Shown: positions 29,645-37,100 of the stretch, one piece after another
How positions within the stretch are numbered: position 1 is the first letter of the stretch
Layout of the letters: every line of letters begins with the position of its first letter
Assembly (NCBI GenBank): GCA_964551445.1
Contig: CAZKCG010000014.1
Span: forward strand, 38,689-102,688
Reading direction: 5' to 3'
DNA from: an uncultured bacterium
GTDB taxonomy: Bacteria > Muiribacteriota > UBA9980
Length of the DNA: 64,000 nt
Position numbers and translations under genes: made by a program
The notes under the pieces: model-generated
Seen by the model: the letters and a program-made list of their open reading frames with translations, nothing else
What the model was told of the DNA's origin: nothing
Databases searched by the model: none

Positions 29645-31129
29645 TTGGACAAAAAGATCATCATTCACGTCGATGACGACGAAACTCAGATAGCGATCCT
29701 CGAGGACAACCGGCTGGCTGAATTTTTCATCGAACGCGAAGACGCGATGCGCATCGTCGGAAACATATACAAGGGAAAGGTCTCGAACGTGCTTCCGGGC
29801 ATGCAGTCCGCGTTCGTGAACGTAGGCCTTGAAAAGGACGTTTTTTTACATATAGACGACATCGACGGATTCGGCGCTGGTTACGAAGGCGAGGCCATAG
29901 ACCCCGACATCAAGAGATCGCTTTCCATAAAAGACGTTCTTCAGGTCGGACAGGAAATAATAATCCAGATATTAAAGGAGCCTCTCGGCACCAAAGGCGC
30001 CCGCGGCACCACCTATATAACGCTTCCCGGAAGATATTGCGTGCTTCTCCCTAACGAACGGCACGTCGGCGTTTCACGGCGCATAATGGACGAAGGCGAA
30101 AGATCCCGCCTTAAAGCGTTAGGCGAAAGACTATGCCCGAAGGAAATGGGCCTTATCATAAGGACGGTAGCGTCCGGCACGACAGAGATAGATCTGGCCG
30201 AGATTGAAACCGACATCAAATTCCTGCTCCAGCTGTGGGAAAAGATCCTCGGGAGGATCCATAAAGCCGGAGTTTACGCGCTTATCCATAACGAACTCAA
30301 TATCGCGCTGAAGATCTCGCGCGACCTTTTCACATCCGACGTTTCGCAGATCATGGTGGATTTCCCGTCGCAATACGAAAAGATGGTGGAATATCTCGAG
30401 TTCATGGCGCCGCGCGAAAAAGAAAAGCTGAAACTCTATTCCGACGAGATACCCATGTTCGAAAAACTCGGCATCGACCGCCAGATAGAAAAAGCGCTGC
30501 GCACTCACGTCTGGCTTAACTGCGGCGGATATATAATCATTCAGAAGACCGAAGCGTTAACCGCCATCGACGTCAACACCGGAAAATTCACCGGTCAGGA
30601 CAGTCTCGAAGACACCGTTTTCAAGACGAACCTGGAAGCGGCTTACGAGATCGGCCGCCAGGTAAGGCTGCGCGATATCGGCGGCATCATAATAATAGAT
30701 TTCATCGACATGGTACGCGAGGACCACAAGAAAAAGGTCATGAACGTGGTCAACGACATCTTCAGCAAGGACAAGTCGAAAACTACGATACTTGGAATAA
30801 CCGAGTTCGGCCTCGTCGAGATCACGCGCAAGAGGGTATCCAAGTCGCTCAACGAAGTGCTTCAGCAGGCCTGCCCTTACTGCAAGGGAAGCGGAAAGGT
30901 CCTGGCGTCGAAGGTCATATCTTCGAAGGCGAGGAACGAGATAATAAAACTCGCGAAGATGTCGAAGGCTTCAACCGTCATGGTCAACGTCCATCCGGAC
31001 GTGGCGGCTTATCTTATCGGCGAAGAGGGCGGGCGCATCAGAACGCTCGAAACTCTAACCGGAAAATCTATCTATATCAGGCCCGAAGAAGGCTACCACA
31101 CGGAACAGATACTTGTCACGGCGAAATAA
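29645..31129 (+). CDS. rng: Ribonuclease G/E family endoribonuclease (Rng-like)
   Basis: S1 domain (…GNIYKGKVSNVLPGMQSAFVNVG…), RNase E/G catalytic core (…TEALTAIDVNTGKFTG…, …IGGIIIIDFIDM…) and a Zn-link CPYCKGSG. TTG start with RBS AAAGGGG. Confidence 0.85.
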   Translation: MDKKIIIHVDDDETQIAILEDNRLAEFFIEREDAMRIVGNIYKGKVSNVLPGMQSAFVNVGLEKDVFLHIDDIDGFGAGYEGEAIDPDIKRSLSIKDVLQVGQEIIIQILKEPLGTKGARGTTYITLPGRYCVLLPNERHVGVSRRIMDEGERSRLKALGERLCPKEMGLIIRTVASGTTEIDLAEIETDIKFLLQLWEKILGRIHKAGVYALIHNELNIALKISRDLFTSDVSQIMVDFPSQYEKMVEYLEFMAPREKEKLKLYSDEIPMFEKLGIDRQIEKALRTHVWLNCGGYIIIQKTEALTAIDVNTGKFTGQDSLEDTVFKTNLEAAYEIGRQVRLRDIGGIIIIDFIDMVREDHKKKVMNVVNDIFSKDKSKTTILGITEFGLVEITRKRVSKSLNEVLQQACPYCKGSGKVLASKVISSKARNEIIKLAKMSKASTVMVNVHPDVAAYLIGEEGGRIRTLETLTGKSIYIRPEEGYHTEQILVTAK

Positions 31130-31277
31130 ATAAAGAGGTTTTTACCGGCCGGCCCGAATCCATCTTTTAAAAATCATGGATCACGGCGGGCCGGCAGCAT
31201 ATCAGAGATCATTGTTTTTTCCAGAGCGATCTTGCATATCATAAGCGCAACCTGAATTTATAAAAAGCAGGCGCATA

Positions 31278-32357
31278 ATGAAAATAAGACACACGTCATC
31301 GCTTCTTACAACTCTTGGATTTTCGCATGCTCTCGTTGACGCAGTATGCGCCGCCGTCACGCTCGGAAGCGTCTTCAATCATAACATCACTGGCGAATCC
31401 GCCGTATTTTTAATTTTATTATATAATATCCTGGCTTTTGGAATGCAGGCTATAATAGGTTTTGGCGTCGACCGTATGAGGATATCGAAAATTTCATCGA
31501 TAGCCGGCATAGTTATTACTGCATCATCTATTTTCTTCGCCGGTTATTCGGCCGTCGCGGCGGTCGTAACCGCCGGACTGGGTAACGCTATTTTTCATGT
31601 CGGCGGCGGGAGGACGGCCCTTATAATGAAGCCGGAAAACGCTTCGATACCAGGAGTTTATGTTGCTCCCGGCGCCGTCGGTTTATTGATCGGCACTCTT
31701 TCGGCCAAATACCTCGACATAGCATCAGGTCCAATGCTGATCATCGCTGTTCTTTCGATAACCGCGCTTTCAATGTCGGTTTTTCCGGATGAAGACACAA
31801 GGTTCTCAAGGATCATCGCATTAAAAGATCCGGGCGGAATTGCAGTTTCTATGCTGCTTTTTTCGATAGCCGTCAGATCGTTCATAGGCTTCTCAATAAC
31901 CATGCCATGGAAAGACGATATGCTGCTTTTAATAACACTTACACTCGCCATATCCACCGGAAAGGCAGCTGGCGGTTTTTTTGCGGACAGGTTCGGCTGG
32001 GTCGAAACCGGCGCCGGCGCTCTGATTCTTTCGGCGCCGCTCATCTCGTTTCACAACGGATCGCCGGTTCATGCAATTATAGGATTCATGCTTTTTAACA
32101 TGACGATGCCGGTGACCCTTGCCGCGATGTTCAGACTTTTTCCCGGTTATCCGGGTTATTCATTCGGCCTTACCTGCCTCGCGCTCATAACCGGAATGCT
32201 TCCGGCGTTCACGCAACTTCGCGAATTTTGCGCTCCTTATTTTATTATCACGCTGATTTTATTATCGGCTGCTACTCTTTATACAGGTATCCAAAGAATC
32301 GAATACATCTCACGTACCGGTACGGAAATCACTGATACATTAAAGAACACGGCTTAA
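31278..32357 (+). CDS. Polytopic integral membrane protein with an internal duplication; function unknown
   Basis: About 10 predicted TM helices. The two halves share patterns (…LAFGMQAIIGFGVDRMR… and …AISTGKAAGGFFADRFG…). Confidence 0.5.
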   Translation: MKIRHTSSLLTTLGFSHALVDAVCAAVTLGSVFNHNITGESAVFLILLYNILAFGMQAIIGFGVDRMRISKISSIAGIVITASSIFFAGYSAVAAVVTAGLGNAIFHVGGGRTALIMKPENASIPGVYVAPGAVGLLIGTLSAKYLDIASGPMLIIAVLSITALSMSVFPDEDTRFSRIIALKDPGGIAVSMLLFSIAVRSFIGFSITMPWKDDMLLLITLTLAISTGKAAGGFFADRFGWVETGAGALILSAPLISFHNGSPVHAIIGFMLFNMTMPVTLAAMFRLFPGYPGYSFGLTCLALITGMLPAFTQLREFCAPYFIITLILLSAATLYTGIQRIEYISRTGTEITDTLKNTA

Positions 32358-32360
32358 ATC

Positions 32361-32705
32361 ATGAATTTAATAACCGCTTTATTTTTAACGATAATAATTG
32401 AAACTTTCACGGCCATATTATTCGGCTATAAAAAGCGGCGCGAACTTTTGGCTGTCGCGATCGTAAGCCTGGTCACCAATCCGGCGCTTAATTTATTCAT
32501 TGCCGCGGCATATTATTTGAAATTCATAAACATAAGTATCGGGCTCATATTATTTCTCGAATTGGTCGTCGTCGTTGTCGAATGGCGTATGCTGAAAAAA
32601 ATGCTGCTCAAAAGTTCAAACGATCTGCTCCTTCTTTCGTTCGCGATGAATTCAGCTTCATTTATGACGGGGCTGTTGTTAAGTTATCCGGTATTAAATC
32701 AATGA
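32361..32705 (+). CDS. Small hydrophobic membrane protein (~114 aa, 3-4 TM); function unknown
   Basis: Highly hydrophobic ORF immediately downstream of the previous gene, at the edge of an AT-rich islet. Confidence 0.4.
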   Translation: MNLITALFLTIIIETFTAILFGYKKRRELLAVAIVSLVTNPALNLFIAAAYYLKFINISIGLILFLELVVVVVEWRMLKKMLLKSSNDLLLLSFAMNSASFMTGLLLSYPVLNQ

Positions 32706-32719
32706 GGAACGATATAATT

Positions 32720-33148
32720 ATGATGAAATCAATTTTTATTTTGACAGCGTTATTTGTTTTGGCATCATTTGACGCCGCCCGTGCCGATGCTGTTAGCTAT
32801 TTAGCAGTCGGACTCGAGTTGCCGCTTCTTTTACTCAGCTTGCTATGTTTCATGATCTGTATTACAATGAAATTTTATTTGAATATAAAATATCCAGATA
32901 ACACATCTCGCCCAACCAAAGATAGTGAACCCGAGCGTGAAACGGACAATGACGGTTCCGGCTTAAACAAAATAATCAAAACTGGTATGCTGCTCACAAG
33001 ATACATATTTTATTTTGCGTTGTTTGTCACGGCGTTATCCTTTTTGGAGATCAGCTGTTCTTATAATAGAGAAAGATCACCGAGAGGTCTTTTCAACAAA
33101 TCTGAGCCGAAAACAGTTAAACCTACCCTTGAAAATTTAAGGTACTGA
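32720..33148 (+). CDS. Hypothetical exported/membrane protein (signal peptide + TM) in the AT-rich islet
   Basis: ATG at 32720 with GAGGA 11 nt upstream. N-terminus is MMKSIFILTALFVLASFDAARADA followed by a TM. The N-terminal extension shown in the ORF track (from 32582) overlaps the upstream gene and is rejected. Confidence 0.45.
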   Translation: MMKSIFILTALFVLASFDAARADAVSYLAVGLELPLLLLSLLCFMICITMKFYLNIKYPDNTSRPTKDSEPERETDNDGSGLNKIIKTGMLLTRYIFYFALFVTALSFLEISCSYNRERSPRGLFNKSEPKTVKPTLENLRY

Positions 33149-33177
33149 GTATTAAACAATAATGAAAGGCTATATTC

Positions 33178-34095
33178 ATGAAAACCGATATTCTACTTCT
33201 TGCGTTATTAGCAGTTCTCCTCGATTCAACTCCGGCAGTTGCGGATGGAGTTTCTCCTCCGGTTTCACTGCTGCTTGCAATTCCTTGTCTGGCGATGGGT
33301 ATAATCGGATTAGCAATGTATTTTTCATACCGGATATATTACAAACTTGATAACCCGGATCAAAACAACTATAAAATAAAATTTTACGATCATTATGAAG
33401 ATGACAGTTATGAAATGGCCGAAAAATCTAAAAAAGCCTGTGAATACTCACGAACTGCGAAATTTTCATTTATGCTCGCAATAATGCTATTAATGTTATC
33501 GGTATACGAGGAAGATTGTCAGAGCCGCAGCAAAACGGCAAGATTGCATAACAGAAATACGCCTGAAATAATCAGATTTCATAATCGCAGCAACTTTTGC
33601 TTGTCAATAAATGATGCAATTCGATCTTTTCGATATCGCAAAAACAAATTTCCGCGTGATTTGCATGAATTGAAACAAAACACTGAAAACATTCAAGATA
33701 AATTAATCGATCCATTAACAAATGTTTCCGACTGGGAAGTTCGCAGCTATTGTAACCAAGATGAATGGTATCGAACAGCAATAATCCCTTACTATCCAAG
33801 TTTACCACTATGGAACCCGGAAGCGCAATTTATGAAATGGCCGCGAAAAAATTTCATTCCAGATTTTAGAGTTGTAAATTTTATTGACGACCAGATTACT
33901 GAAAAATCAAAATGGATGAAGTACTCTTATAATGGCCAAGATTTTTTTTATATCAGTTCAACAGATATTTTAGATGAAGTGATACCGGTTTGGCATCAAT
34001 CATCGATTGACGGAATTATAGAAGTGAGGCCTCGAAAAGTTCCGGAGGAAGATAAAATTTTGCAACATATTAGAGAAATGCAATCAGAATATTAG
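33178..34095 (+). CDS. Hypothetical exported/membrane protein (signal peptide + TM + ~240-aa Cys/Trp-containing domain) in the AT-rich islet
   Basis: N-terminus MKTDILLLALLAVLLDSTPAVADG then a TM, the same architecture as the preceding gene. Local GC is clearly below the window average. Confidence 0.5.
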   Translation: MKTDILLLALLAVLLDSTPAVADGVSPPVSLLLAIPCLAMGIIGLAMYFSYRIYYKLDNPDQNNYKIKFYDHYEDDSYEMAEKSKKACEYSRTAKFSFMLAIMLLMLSVYEEDCQSRSKTARLHNRNTPEIIRFHNRSNFCLSINDAIRSFRYRKNKFPRDLHELKQNTENIQDKLIDPLTNVSDWEVRSYCNQDEWYRTAIIPYYPSLPLWNPEAQFMKWPRKNFIPDFRVVNFIDDQITEKSKWMKYSYNGQDFFYISSTDILDEVIPVWHQSSIDGIIEVRPRKVPEEDKILQHIREMQSEY

Positions 34096-34113
34096 CACGT
34101 GCTTCCCGGTCAA

Positions 34114-37100
34114 TTAAAGTTTCCCGCGCTTGGCCGGCCTCGCCGCGAGACCCGCCAGAATGAATATTATTCCCATGGAAAAACCCGCGAACAGATAGTT
34201 CATGCTGTTTTCATTATATTGAAAAATGGCCAGGCAATATATCAAAGAGATCGCCGCGAAGATCACGGCGCGCCTGTATCTTTTAGTTTTAAATATCGCC
34301 ATAACGGCCCAGACCGCTAAAATCACGCCCATGATATACCCGCCGAAAGCTAAAATTTCAAAGACCTTGTTCGAATAAAAGGAAAACTCGATGAAATAAA
34401 GCGGCGCGTTCTCAAAGCCGTCCGATTTTTTCAGATTTTCACCGCTTAAGTGAAGCGCGTTCGTCGCGAGTTCGGGAAACTCCGTCGAAACAGGCAAAAA
34501 GCCTTTTGCGTCGCCGCCGAATCGCATAAGCGGCGCCGGAAACCCTTGTGAAACTACGCCCTGATCCGATCCGGGTCCGGGCGAATTACCCGAAAGATAT
34601 GCCGCCTTCAATTTCTGCTGGACGGCTATCATCTCATCGACCGAAAGCGGCTTTCCGGACCCGGCGTCCATGAATTCGACTGCGCCCGCCGAAGCTGAAA
34701 GTCTTAAATTACTACTTATACCGGATAGCTGATAGCTGTCCATAAAATAAAACTCCCAGCTTATTCGCGAACACATAACGTCTATACGCGGGAGCTCGAA
34801 CTTCGCGGCGCCGAAATTTTCAAATTCAGCCGTTTTGGTCAGATAAACCAGTTCCACCATAAATGATCTGAATTCGTTATCCATAAGCGGCGATTTTAAA
34901 AGCGGTATGAAAACCGAGCCTTCCTCGTTTCTCGCCGGCTTAACAAGCCTTTCCCCGACCTTAAGGCTCCATGTTTTAGAGTTCGCGGGCAGGCGCATCC
35001 TTAAAAACTGAACGTTGTTATTTCTTACCTGATAACGCGCGCGCGTCAGAATATACCCGGCTTTCGTGACGAAGCTCTTATAGTCGGCCGAATCTATCAC
35101 GCACGGAATGGACGGCAGATCGGTATTTTTATTTATCGCAAGCGTCAGAGAGCATGGAAATTTCGATGTTTTGTATGAAAAAAGAACCGGCGAAAGCGCG
35201 CTTCTTTTTAAACCGCCGGGAATTTCCCGCTCGTCTATCGGCGTGAGATCGACCGTTTTAGTAACGCTGATATCGGCGTTTACCGATGAATCCAGCGCTA
35301 TATATAATTTTTTTTCATCCGCGTTCCGGGGCATCACCCACGGCGCGTTCACTTCTTTTTTCATGTCAGCTATCTGGCGCTCATAATCTATGGCAACGCT
35401 TAACTGCCCTTTCTGAGGCGCCCTGAATGTTACGGTTAAAATTTTGCCGCTTTTTTCGCTGAGCTTATCGCCTGGCTTATCGCCTGGCTTATCGCCTGGC
35501 TTATCGCCTGGCTTATCGCCGAGCTTATCGCCGGCCGCGGCCGTGATCTTCCAATCGTATATTTCAGCGGATGAATTCACCCGCGTTATAAGCGTTTCAG
35601 GCTGGATATCAAACTGCAGTTCGCGCAGCATAGTGTTTTCTATGTTATAATTATTCGTAATAACGGATGAAAAGCGTTCTTCTTCTACCGTCAATATCTG
35701 CGTTGAACTCACGCTGACGCGGGGTTCGCTTTTCGGAACCATCGTTCTGACCTCTTCCGATCTCGCGGCCTCTTCACGCGCTACTCTCATGCGTTTCTCG
35801 CGCTCACGCTGTTTCTTGTATTTTTCGTTGCGGATCTTCTCCTGAAGCGTTAACCGGAAGCGGTAGAAGCCGGCCGGAACGAGATTCGCGGAAGTTAAGA
35901 CCTCCGCCGTCCCGTCATCCGATCTCTGCGTTCGTATTATAAGGCCTGACGCGCTAATATCATATCCGGCGGGCGATCTTAATTCCATCATCATAAGCGG
36001 GCACTTCCCGGGCGAGAGATCGAAATAACGGTCGTCTTTATCGGATGCCAGGTCGGTCTTTAACGATACTTTGACCCGATATTCGCCGCGTCCTTCGAAA
36101 ACGGCCGAGTAGTTATCTTTAAAAGGCAATATCCTAACGGTTCCGCTTGCCCGGCCGTCATCATTCGAAGTTTTAGCGAAAGGTTTTATCAGGCTGGATT
36201 CCACCGTCGTTAAAGCGACGTTTCCAGAAAACAGCTGGACACGGGTATAATCGTCGTCGAAAATATCGATGAAATATTCGATATCTATATCCGCATGGCC
36301 GGCTGTAACGACAGCCGATATCAGCATTTTCTTTACGAGGTCCTTATACGGCAGGCTTTCACATTCCGCCGTGCCTTCAGGCAGTTTCAGGCTCACGCCG
36401 CCTTTTTCAACAGCACTTACCGAATCGAGTAAAAATTTCAGGTTGGCGTATTTTATAAAAACTCCGGATGATCTCTTTTTTAAAATATATCTGTTAAGAT
36501 CGCTCAGTTGAAAGAGCTGGACGTCGAGGGTCGCCGGATTATAAACGAGCTCTATCGCTCCCGGCGCGTCCGGTTTAAATTCGCCCGCCAAAGCCCCGGA
36601 GGGAATAGCGCATAACGCTGAAACGGTTATCGCCGCATATATAAACATCGCAAGCGTCGTTTCAGAAGCTGACGCGCGCGTGTTATCCGTTCCGGCCTTT
36701 CCGGCGGGCGCTCCGGATTCAAATAGTATCTTTATAAAGGTCCGATATATTCCGGGATCGGAAACGATCGATATAAGCTTCAGCGTAAAAAAAAATATCA
36801 CGCCGCAAAGCAAGCCTATCTGAGGATATTTTGCGATTTGCGGAATATATGCGTTCACGGTTTCCATAATTATAATTATTAAAAGCGCCGCGAGGATCAT
36901 CAAAACGGATCGCGGGCTGAAATCGAACGCGCCGCCTAGAAAATATGGCAGAACCAATCCCGATATCACAAGAACCGCCGATAATAACATATACGATCCG
37001 GATGTCATATATGAAATATTGATGAAAATATCCTGGTCCGGCATCACGAATTTTTTGTTCAGCAAATAGAACGTATTCGTCTTGACGAGATTGACTGGAA

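Noticed and set aside
32582-32719. Upstream extension of ORF 32582..33148 overlapping the preceding membrane-protein gene
   Set aside because: The in-frame ATG at 32720 is preceded by GAGGA and immediately starts a signal peptide. The extension overlaps a real gene in another frame.
35444-35534. Regularly spaced short repeats (possible CRISPR-like array)
   Set aside because: The units are contiguous 12-bp tandem repeats without spacers. They lie inside a continuous coding frame and encode GDKP repeats, so this is a coding microsatellite, not CRISPR.
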